Positions 35,909-47,078 of a stretch of DNA of 64,000 nt are shown here, piece by piece. Numbering within the stretch: the first letter of the stretch is position 1; each line of letters begins with the position of its first letter. Source of the DNA: Macrostomum lignano (lineage: Eukaryota); assembly GCA_002269645.1 (NCBI GenBank), contig NIVC01003885.1, forward strand, positions 7,799 through 71,798, in the 5' to 3' direction. The position numbers and the translations under genes were made by a program. Below the pieces are notes generated by a model. That model saw only the letters and a list, made by a program, of their open reading frames with translations. It made no database searches and was not told the DNA's origin.

Positions 35909-36774
35909 ATGAACTTGCGGCCAGTGTGCCCCAATGGCCAGTACTTACCGCCGCAGTTTTATGCCGCCTCGGCGGCTGCAGCCGCAGCAGCTGGCGCCCC
36001 ATTGCCCCTAGCAACAGTTGCTAGCAGCATCCCTGGCGGTCTAGTTGCCATGCCAACAGTGACAAGCGCTGCTGGTCTGCAGTATGTCATGCTGCCTCAG
36101 CAGCAGCAGCAACTGCAACATCAGCAGCAACAACAGCTGATGCTTCAGCAAGCTCAGGCTGCGGCCGCTGCTGCCTCGCTGTACAACCCAGCTGGAGGAC
36201 ACGGGATGCTGACTAATCCCCTTCATCAGCTGATGCTAGCCCAGGCCCAGCAGCAGCAGCAGCAACAGCAACAGCAGCAACAGTTTCTGCTAGCCCAGAA
36301 CTACTATGCGCAGCAGCTGGCTGCCGCAGCGGCAATCTCTCAGGCCCAGCAGCAGCAGCAACAGCAGCAGGCACTGCAGTTACAGCAGTTTCACCAGCTT
36401 CAGCAGCACCTGCAGGCGCAGCATCTGCTTCATCAGCATCATCTGCAGCAGCAGCAGCTGCATCAGCAGCGCAATCATCATTCGTCATCGTCAATGAAAG
36501 GCTACAGCGGAGGTCCTGGCACGCCCGGCCATGCGTCAGCCGTGTCCAGCGCAGTCACGACTCCCCGACCGCAGTCCTCCATTGACGTGGCCGGAGCTGC
36601 GGCCGCCACCGCTGCTGCTGCTTCTGCTGCGGCTTCGACTTCAACAGCAGCTGAGTTGCCGAGCTCCATCTCTGATGAGGACGGCTTAAAGTCCTCGCCG
36701 GAGCAGCAGCAGCAACAGCAGTCTACGAGATGGCAGCGGCTTGTAGATGACAATGGATGCGTTTCGTATCGCAG
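35909..36774 (+). CDS. MBD5: MBD5-like exon 1
   Basis: ATG 35909; CGC AG|gtaatt, phase 2. Confidence 0.85.
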
Positions 36775-39700
36775 GTAATTTATTAAATCATTTCTGTTAT
36801 GCCTGCATATTCTATATATAATACAGAGCCTCTATTATTGAATTGGACTGTAAATCTGTCTATTTCTTTTGTATATCCTTATCTCCGTTTATATTCATAC
36901 TCCATAGAGACTAACTTATATACATTTTTTGGATAAATAATATCGTCTGTCTTTGTTTATCGGCTTGTTATTGCGTAAGTTCTTTTCTTTGGATGAACCA
37001 ACTTGTAATTGTGTTGTTTATCTGTGCTTAGAGTAATAACATATGAGACAGGTTATTATTATAAGTTATCTTCAAGTTGGCGCTAAAATTGATCTTGAAT
37101 TTGGCGCTAAAATCAGTCTTCTTTTGCGCTTAAGTCTATGTTCGTTTGGCGCTAAAGTTAATATTCAATTTGGCGCTTAAATTAATAATCTTTTGTTAGT
37201 ATATAAGACATATTTTCTTGACTTATCTAAATTCAAATTTCGGTCGAATCAATTTAGGATTTTTTTAAGTTGCTTTTTTCACTTTTGTAGTCGCTACCGT
37301 CTACTGTTATGAGTAGGGCGGATAGCGCAGTGTTAGTTTTACTTTCAGGCATTTTAGGTTCACTCTCAGTCTCCACACTCAAGGCTTTGGAATGGTAATG
37401 TTATAATTCTTCTTTCATTTCCTGCAGCTCTTATAATTGGCGCATTGGGGATCTGGGTGTATTGGGGATCTGGGTGTATTAAGGATCTGGGTGTATTGAG
37501 AATCTGGGTGTATTGGGGATCTGAGTGCATTGAGGATCTGGGTGTATTAAGGATCTGGTGTATTGAGAATCTGGGTGTATTGGGGATCTGAGTGCATTGA
37601 GGATCTGGGTGTATTGGGGATCTGGGTGTATTGAGAATCTGGGTGTATTGAGAATCTGGGTGTATTGGGGATCTGAGTGCATTGAGGATCTGGGTGTATT
37701 AAGGATCTGGTGTATTGAGGATCTGGGTGTATTAAGGATCTGGTGTATTGAGAATCTGGGTGTATTGGGGATCTGGGTGTATTGAGGATCTGGGTGTATT
37801 AAGGATCTGGTGTATTGAGAATCTGGGTGTATTGGGGATCTGAGTGCATTGAGGATCTGGGTGTATTAAGGATCTGGTGTATTGAGAATCTGGGTGTATT
37901 GGGGATCTGAGTGCATTGAGGATCTGGGTGTATTAAGGATCTGGTGTATTGAGGATCTGGGTGTATTAAGGATCTGGTGTATTGAGAATCTGGGTGTATT
38001 GGGGATCTGGGTGTATTGAGGATCTGGGTGTATTAAGGATCTGGTGTATTGAGAATCTGGGTGTATTGGGGATCTGAGTGCATTGAGGATCTGGGTGTAT
38101 TAAGGATCTGGTGCATACATGCGCAACAGTCGGCCGAGTCGGCCGATCCGGCCGACTGATTTGGCAGCCAACCAAGGAAGTCGCAAAAATGCCCATCCAA
38201 AAAATACCCACGCAGTAGTACTAAGTAGCTGACGAGGCATTTTTGCCTGATAAGACAGTCATAGTTACTCCCGCCGTTTACCCAAAGTTGCGTTAATTTT
38301 GCTTTAGGGTTTTTTTACATGTAAGTCGCATTTTTGGCCAAAAACTACGTCGCATTTTTGTTAAAACTAAGTCGCACGGCCGACCGAATTTTGGACGTTG
38401 CGCATGTATGATCTGGTGTATTGAGAATCTGGGTGTATTGGGGATCTGAGTGCATTGAGGATCTGGGTGTATTAAGGATCTGGTGTATTGAGAATCTGGG
38501 TGTATTGGGGATCTGAGTGCATTGAGGATCTGGGTGTATTGGGGATCTGGGTGTATTGAGAATCTGGGTGTATTGAGAATCTGGGTGCATTGAGAATCTG
38601 GGTGTATTGAGAATCTGGGTGTATTGGGGATCTGAGTGCATTGAGGATCTGGGTGTATTAAGGATCTGGTGTATTGAGAATCTGGGTGTATTAAGGATCT
38701 GGTGTATTGAGAATCTGGTGTATTGGGGATCTGAGTGCATTGGGGATCTGGGTGTATTGAGAATCTGGGTGTATTGAGAATCTGGGTGTATTGAGAATCT
38801 GGGTGCATTGAGAATCTGGGTGTATTGAGAATCTGGGTGTATTGGGGATCTGAGTGCATTGAGGATCTGGGTGTATTGGGGATCTGGGTGTATTGAGAAT
38901 CTGGGTGTATTGAGAATCTGGGTGCATTGAGAATCTGGGTGTATTGAGAATCTGGGTGTATTGGGGATCTGGGTGTATTGAGAATCTGGGTGTATTGGGG
39001 ATCTGAGTGCATTGAGGATCTGGGTGTATTAAGGATCTGGTGTATTGAGAATCTGGGTGTATTAAGGATCTGGTGTATTGAGAATCTGGTGTATTGGGGA
39101 TCTGAGTGCATTGGGGATCTGGGTGCATTGAGGATCTGGGATCAATTCCATGGGCACATGGGATTCCATAATCTTGCATATCAACAATTATTTGTCAAAA
39201 TAGTTCTGAAATGTGTTGAAAATCTGTGTATTAAAACTAATAATTTTACAACTAATGCCTATTTTATATGCTACTTAATCGTATTGCATCACCCTTTGGG
39301 GCCGCCGAGGTTCGCCAGCAGTGAGTGTCTTGACTTGCACAACTATATTTATTAATATTATATTAAATTATATTTTGTGTTCGTTCCGTTTTTTGGCCTT
39401 GGTAAAGATATTTAATTTAAGCAGAGTTTTTAAAAAAAAAGTACATTGTGTCCCGGCTATCCCTTGCAATCAATAAATGCTACTCAAAGCAGGACTCGGC
39501 AGCATTCAGTCGGCTCAGCAGCATTCGGTACGCTCTCTAACTGCTAATTAATTATGTTAATTAATTAATTAAAGCAGCTCTTTCTTGCCACGAGAAGGGT
39601 TGAGACCAAGTGGCCTTGGTTTGCCAACAAAGAAATCTGTCTTTTAAATATCCTTACAATACTACTTAATATATATATCGTTCATTTCTATGTATAAAAG

Positions 39701-42474
39701 ACACACAAACAGCGTAGTGGCTTGTTGATTTCATTTTCTCAATATTCATCATATATATGCATTTGTATTTATTGTCAAAGATTGAAACGCGTAGTGTGAC
39801 TCTTTGCACCCAACAAGCTCTCTTTATGTGTTTGTTTACTAATCAGTTTTTTACCAACTTTTTACTGACCGTTGCTACCTGCCTATAATTTTGGTAATAC
39901 TGCCTTTGTTGGATTAATTGAATTTGGTCGTGTAACTTTATAATTATTTATCCTAGTGGTACACTGCAGCTCTTGACTTTTGTGAATGATATAACAAGCA
40001 TTATAATTTATTAATTAATCACTACACTGCCGACACACGCCGCACACTTTGCGACTTTGGCCCAGTTAATTACGTACTTAACATAATCGGATTAGAACTA
40101 AGTGTTTTTAAGTGTGCGCTTCAAGTAGTTCTTTTATTGTGTGTGCTTGCGCGTATGGTCTTCCCAAACCACCAACTCCCAGGCATTCGCAATATTCCCT
40201 CCGCATATAATTATTCAAATTGTTTGTTATATTTTGCTTTTTCTTTCATTTCTTAAGTGTGTGACACTTAGGTTTTGCTGCAATCTGCTTATCAAATCAG
40301 TCATCTCCAGGTATTTTTGGCCTCGAGAGACTGACCTGTTTGTTTCCTTCTGTTGAGCCATAGAAATCTATCATCTTGACCCATAGGAAACCTTTGACTT
40401 TAGGTTTAAGACCCTTTTGTAGTCAGTGCTTCTGCTAGTGGGTCAATGTGCTGGGTCAAGATCCCCGCTCCTTGACCCTCATTCAGTCAGTGGGTCAGGA
40501 ATCCCCAAACATTGACCCTCATTTAGCCAGTGGGTCAGGAATCCCCACACCTTGACCCTCATTCAGTGGGTCAGGAATCCACACACCCTGACCCTCATTC
40601 AGTCAGTGGGTCAGGAATCCCCACACCTTGACCCTCATTCAGTCAGTGGGTCAGGAATCCACACCATGACCCTCATTCAGTCAGTGGGTCAGGAATCCCC
40701 ACACCTTGACCCTCATTTAGCCAGTGGGTCAGGAATCCCCACACCTTGACCCTCATTCAGTCAGTGGGTCAGGAATCCCCACACCTTGACCCTCATTCAG
40801 TTAGTGGGCCAGGAATCCCACACCTTGACTTCATTCAACCAGTGGGTCAAGAATCCACACCATTGACCCTCATTCAGTCAGTGGGTCGGGAATCCACACC
40901 CTTGACCCTCATTCAGTCAGTGGGTCAGGAATCCCCACACCTTGACCCTCATTTAGTCAGTGGGTCAGAAATCACCACACCTTGTCCCTCATTTAGCCAG
41001 TGGGTCAGGAATCCCCACACCTTGACCCACCGGCAGATAGTTTCACTATGGCGATTCACATCTGCTCAACTCTCTGTCCTCAATCGTCTGCTCTCCGGCC
41101 ACTCTCACAATCTTAAATCCTCCCACCTGCTCCCTGTCAACTCGCCCAGTCATTAATCTGATTTCCCACTTGACTCCGTCAGCTGCTCAGGCGAGCTTTT
41201 GTCAAGCGCCGACGCCGTGCGTGGCTACCTCAGCCGCCCCGATGCCTGCCTGTGCGCCCTGCCGCTGGCCTGCGACCTTCGTCAACGACGTTCTCGACAG
41301 CGACGTCGACAGGCCGACGAGCAGCAAGACGGCGGCGCCGAGACTTCAACGGTAGAGGACGCGGCCGAAGACTCCGATGAAGCAGTTACGCTGCCAGAGG
41401 ATTCCGCCGAAGCTCTGGAAGCCGCCAGACGGCTGTTCAACTTCCGGCCAGACAGTCCCGCTCTGTGGCCGCCGCCGCTGCCAGCTGAGGAGCAGCAGAG
41501 GCTGGAGACTTGCCGGAGCGCCAAGCGGCTGGAGTTGAAGCGGGCAGCGGACTCGGCTGTCGCGGCTGAGGATGAAGAGGCGGCGAAGAAATCAAAGGAG
41601 GCTGAGGTGGGTCATCTCTGACAAGTATTTACTAGTGTAGGGCAGGGGTCGGAAAAGTTTTTAATCTCGAGGGAGGAGAAAGAGAGAGGAGAGAAGAGGA
41701 GAGGAGGGGAGAAATGAGAGAGAGGAGAAGAGAAGAATGGAGAGGAGAGGAGAAGAGAGGTGATAAGGAGAGATGCGAGAAAGAAGAGAAAAAGCTGAGA
41801 AAAGCGGGCCGGATAGAGGAGAGTCTTTGCCTTCCCCTGATATCGGGGGGGGGGGGGCACTAATAGACACGCTCATACGCTGGGGTACACTGTGTGCGGA
41901 GGTTCGTGTTGAGCAAGAGTCGAACAATTAGCATCTGTGTTCCATTCCTTTTCAGACAGCCGAACCAGACCCCAGCGACGCGGCGCAGGATCTGTCATCT
42001 GGGGCAGCTGCTGCTGGGTCATGCCAAGCAGAATCCGGTGCTGCAGCAGAAGAGAAGCTCAACGAAGAAGAACCGGATGACCTTGAAGCCAGCGCCGAGA
42101 GCGTCAATGTGATCGCCCCGCGCCGGGTTGCCACTCCGGAGTCCCGCCTGCTCGTAGCTGGCAGCTCCGTCACCTGGGTGTCCGGCCCCCTAGCAACGCA
42201 GACCGCTCCCGTGCAGGCCTGGGCCGGCTCTGCTAGCCGGCATCGCCACGCTTCCAACGGCTGTTTTCCTGGCGCCCCGTCGATGCCGCTGCAGCAGCCG
42301 CCGCTGGGACGTCAGCGAGCTCCGTCCGCTCCGGATGGTCGGCCAACGCAACTCGCCGTTGTGATGTCGCCAAAATCGCTGATGAGCAGGGAATTCCTGC
42401 CTGCTGCAGTCGCCCTGCCAGAGGCTGCGGCTGATGGAGCGCAGCTGGGACCGGATGGGGATGCAAATCCCTGA
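35909..42474 (+). CDS. MBD5: MBD5/MBD6-like protein (three coding exons, ~602 aa): poly-Q/A N-terminus, split MBD domain, possible degenerate PWWP
   Basis: The spliced junction gives RWQRLVDDNGCVSYR|SCSGELLSSADAVRGYLSRPDACLCALPLAC, matching the MBD5 MBD as I recall it ([44 protein letters not shown]). All phases are consistent. Confidence 0.8.
37448..39141. repeat. 17-bp minisatellite with a ~67-bp higher-order repeat
   Basis: Monomers atctgggtgtattgggg / atctgagtgcattgagg / atctgggtgtattaagg / atctggtgtattgaga recur in order. Confidence 0.97.
38114..38410. mobile_element. hAT-like MITE (297 bp) inserted in the satellite
   Basis: Perfect 14-bp TIR CATACATGCGCAAC; perfect 8-bp TSD atctggtg. 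Confidence 0.93.
40470..41028. repeat. ~40-bp minisatellite
   Basis: (ccttgaccctcattcagtcagtgggtcaggaatccccaca)n. Confidence 0.97.
41183..41606 (+). CDS. MBD5: MBD5-like exon 2
   Basis: ccgtcag|C TGC...GAG|gtgggt. Confidence 0.85.
41956..42474 (+). CDS. MBD5: MBD5-like exon 3
   Basis: ccttttcag|ACA; open to TGA 42472-42474. A donor follows at 42488 and an acceptor at 42665. Confidence 0.75.
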   Translation, partial: TAEPDPSDAAQDLSSGAAAAGSCQAESGAAAEEKLNEEEPDDLEASAESVNVIAPRRVATPESRLLVAGSSVTWVSGPLATQTAPVQAWAGSASRHRHASNGCFPGAPSMPLQQPPLGRQRAPSAPDGRPTQLAVVMSPKSLMSREFLPAAVALPEAAADGAQLGPDGDANP

Positions 42475-42518
42475 CTGACTGGCCTGCGGTGAGTGCTGGG
42501 GCTGACAGACTGACAGAC

Positions 42519-42553
<35 letters not shown>

Positions 42554-43065
42554 GCTAAAAGTCTAACAAACCGTTCCCTTCGTAGTGAAATTATTGTATT
42601 TTTCATTATTCAACCTACACTACTCGTGTCAGTAGAAATGTAGAAATATCGCTATTTATTTTCAGAATGGCAGCTTGGCGACCTAATGAATTGGGTTGAG
42701 AAAGATTAGAAATTTAACTGCCTCTGGCGAGTTTTCCGTGTGCGAATTCTCCCCCTGACCTACAAAAGTCCGACTCGGCCTCTGCTGCACTCACTTCCTC
42801 ATTTTAATTCCCGTTTAGACTAAATGCTTCATATTATAGTTTGTTATTGCGTTTCGAAATTTTCTGAAAGCTTTTTGTATCCTCTATATATATATATATA
42901 ATGTAAACATGTGTAATGCTGTAAGCCTAACGGAACTTAATACGCTATTCCAATCACATGCATACAGGTAGTTTTTTGCTTTGTCTAATCTGTTCTATCT
43001 ATAAAAAATAGACATATTTATTATATATTATGTGTTATCATAAAAGGAATAAACTTTGACTGCAA

Positions 43066-43652
43066 CTAAGACAGACAGACAGACAGACAGCAAGACCAAC
43101 TTTAAGAAGGACACTGAAACAGACACTGAGACAGACACTGAGATAGACACTGAGACAGACACTGAGACAGACACTGAGACAGACACTAAGACAGACACTG
43201 AGACAGACACTGAGACAGACACTGAGACAGACACTGAGACAGACACTGAGATAGACACTGAGACAGACACTGAGACAGACACTGAGACAGACACTAAGAC
43301 AGACACTAAAACAGACACTGAGACAGACACTGAGACAGACACTAAAACAGACACTGAGACAGACACTGAGACAGACACTAAAACAGACACTAAAACAGAC
43401 ACTGAGACAGACACTGAGACAGACACTAAGACAGACACTAAAACAGACACTGAGACAGACACTAAAACAGACACTGAGACAGACACTGAGACAGACACTA
43501 AAACAGACACTGAGACAGGCTCTAAGACAGACACTGAGACAGGCTTTAAGACAGACACTGAGACAGGCTCTAAGACAGACACTGAGACAGGCTCTAAGAC
43601 AGACACTGAGACAGGCTCTAAGACAGACACTGAGACAGGCTTTAAGACAGAC
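43066..43652. repeat. 12-bp minisatellite derived from (AGAC)n
   Basis: (agacagacactg)n; (GACA)n also at 42504-42553. Confidence 0.97.
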
Positions 43653-46600
43653 ACAAGTCTTCAAGAGTAGAATGTTAGGTAATTCTGCATCTCAATGTTT
43701 TGTCTATTCTCTGAAAAAAATGTTCTTATGTATAATAAAATAATAATCAGTTTAACTTGTTTTGTAGTAAAGTGCATGGTTGAAAATCAAAGCATATTTA
43801 TCATTGTCATTTGCTAAAATCGGCCTCACTTCAGTGCCATAGTTTGTGTTATAAAATAATACGCCATATGAATAACATTTTCTAGCAGCACTACTGCTCA
43901 CTGATGTATTTGGCTTTTTTCATCTCGACCGGCCTTACCGTGAAAATGCGTTAATTAAACAAAATTACTAATAGTACGTCAAATTGACTTTTTTATTGTT
44001 GCAGAATCTGATTTTGATTTGCTTTTTTGTCTCGTCCTTTCAGTTTTTTCTTCCTCTCTTTCTCTCTCACGTCTCCGTTTCCTGTTATTTTTCCATTGCT
44101 TGTGGAAAAATAATAAATTTTGCACAAACTTTAATTACACCATGTAGTTGTGCGCGCTGTTGTTTTTACTTTCACGTGCGGTTTTTTTTCGATTGTCTGG
44201 ATGGAGAAGAAATGATTGATTAATTTAAACAATTTAATAAAATGTAAGTTGTTACAAATTGTTAATAATTTGTAATGTCATTTTATAGGCACGATGGAAT
44301 TTATTATATCTGCAAAAAAATCAAAGCGATTATATATGTTCAATGTTCTTTTTTGTTGTTTTTTGTGTGAAAATTGCAATACGTGTGCATTTTTGCTTGG
44401 GTTAACTGTCTTTAGATAGCGAAAAAGTTATAGTAATTATCAACTCGTTATGTAGCTTGTAAATTTAAATTAACGATTTCTATAACAAAAATTTTCCGCG
44501 TTATCTTGTTGTTTGAGTTTGTCTGTTCTCATCTCTGAATTGTTTATTCAATATTGTCTCAAATTGATTGAATTTTCGGTTATTGCAGACAGCTTATGCT
44601 AGCCAATGCGACACACAACACACAGAGTGCAGGCGGCGCGTGTGAATTTATGTTTTGTTTGTTTGTTTCTTTTCTTTTTTCTGCTTTCCCTTAAAAATAT
44701 GGCGTATTAATATTATATTAGTCTGTGAAAAACTATTATTTAACTACGAGTGGTGTTGCAAAGTTTTTGCACTTTGCGTGTTTCGACACAAATGTCCTAC
44801 TGAGGTGACCTTTTAGCCTACAACTCTTGCATATCTGCTCGATTAGATTGTTGAATTGCACAAAGGAACGATTCGAAGTGCTGAGTAAAACTTTTAACAA
44901 AATTTTATTTGTTTTTAGCACGGGTTTTATAAGAGCTAATTCATTATCCATTCAATAGTGCAGATTTGCAGAGTTTTGGCTAAAGTTTGTCAATTTTCGG
45001 GGAACTTTTGCAACACAACTCGTATCTATATACCTGTATTTGTGTAATCAAATATATATAATTATTACATTAGATCACTTTCACTTCACACACGCAAGCA
45101 AAGCAAAAAAATCAAATTTGATCAATTCGTATTTCTGTCTTTTTGTCGTCTGTGTTTGAATTTTCTGGCATGTAGATGTACATGTACTTGTGTACACTGC
45201 CCCAGCAGTGAGACAACTAAGTGTAGTGTAGTTATCTTAGTTGGGTTCGAATTTCATTGATCTTTAACCTTATTTGGCAGCCGGTGGTGATATAAGCTGG
45301 TGTATGAAAATGCCTTTGGATTGTGGCCAACAGGTGTATGATATGGAAAGTTCACACTAGTCCATAGTCCATTTCATACACCTTACAGTGTACTCGGCAT
45401 AACTTTTTTAGATAAGAACCTCCTACTAAACTGCAACTCGGTCTCTGTATTCAGCTGTATTGCTTGTTTTGTAGGCTTACATGTGTGCGGTACGTGCGCT
45501 AGCAGCTCTCTTTATCTCTGGATTGAGACCCACGAAGCAGAATTTGGTTCAAAGAGTGACAATTTATCACTGAATTTCCTGACTCACTAACAGGTCGAAT
45601 CCGTGTTGCTATAGTTAGAGTTTTGGTGCTACTCATGATCCTAGACTTTAGGTGGGAGTCAATGGGGGGTCATGACCTCTCCAGACGGCCCACCATTAAA
45701 ATTTTCAATCTTCATTTTTTACAATTATCAGAGTTATGATATTTAGTAGTAAGGTAAATATGCGGTAGGAATAGACCTAAAATCTAAAGTCCCTCTTGTG
45801 TCGCCAAAATTTACACCAAGTAGCTTCAAGTTCCCCCAACAGCTGCGAAAGCAAAAGCAGAGCTCAAGTGTGCTGCTTTACTCCAACTGAAAGAATGTTG
45901 GCAAGAATATACTACTCACTTTGACTTACTAAACCAAGCCACTAATAGAGAACCAACGGTCCAGATTATTAGGCAGCAAAACCTCTTTGTTACATCGCTT
46001 AACTAAGCCAGTAAGACTTAAGGGGTTGGGCCCTGGAGGTGGAGGTTGCAGATTTGTTTGTTAAAGAACGTATCGATTCAATATAGTGAAAGAATAAATG
46101 GGGCTATCCAGGCCTTTTAACGAGGGGCCCGTGTGGGCTTGCTGACTAACGCAAGACTAACACATTCGCAAATTACAAAAGCGAATGCCTTATACTACTA
46201 CTGAAATGCAAACGTTTTTAATGTACCCAATTGAATGGAAAGGACAATTGAAGGTCGATTTGTTTAGTATATATTTAACGTGTATATTCAGGTTTCCGTT
46301 CATTTAAAGAGAAAAAATATAAGTCAAGTGAAAACCAATTCAATTAATTCATCCTTGTTTTCCATGTTAGGTCTCCATAAATGGCACTACTTTGTCATGG
46401 AAATTCTAATATATTCTACGTAATGCATACAGATAAAACTAAAGATTCTTTATATTCTCTAGCTTTTGAATTTCTACTTTACATTCTTAAATACTTAACC
46501 ATCAATGTCCATCATACTCAACTGTTCAGTCTGTTCTTTCTGTTTCTTTTTCTATATGCGGTTAGGTTTTAAATACAACTTCATACATGCAGCTACACGC

Positions 46601-46925
46601 ACTATACTACTGAACCAAATTCACGCCACTGATATTCTTGCACACGCGTAGTATATAATAAAATCGGAGGGAAAAAGCGTCAAAAAATTCTCCGTTTCAT
46701 CGCCAGTCAGAAATTCTGTCAGCGCCCGTGTGCAACGAAGACCACTCTACGAATTAAATTTTGACCGACGTCTGGAATCATCTCAGCCTTTATTCATCAA
46801 ATCAACCGTGTATTTCTGCTATGTAAAGAGATTCGTGGATTTCATGTCCTTTTTGCTATTCTTTGCAACTCTCAACTGGCAGCAACTGCCAACGTTCGAC
46901 ACTGGGAGGTTGCGGAAAGTACATT

Positions 46926-47078
46926 ATGAGCAAAGTCTCGTTTCGAGCCAGAGCTTTAGACTCCAATCGACCTCTGCAACTGCATTTTGACCATGAAATC
47001 CCAGATCTCTCCGACTATGCATCAATCAGCCGATCTGTGCCTCTTCTGCCTTCTGGCATGGAGAAGGACGAAGAAACG
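46926..47078 (+). CDS. EPC1: EPC exon 1
   Basis: ATG 46926; ACG|gtacta, phase 0. Confidence 0.93.

Noticed and set aside
35754-36753. Antisense ORFs over the poly-Q exon
   Set aside because: Shadows of CAG/GCN repeats
37479-39355. Multiple repetitive ORFs (up to 272 aa)
   Set aside because: 17-bp satellite translations
43028-43670. DTETDTET / SVSVSV 200-aa ORFs
   Set aside because: 12-bp repeat open in several frames; no splice context
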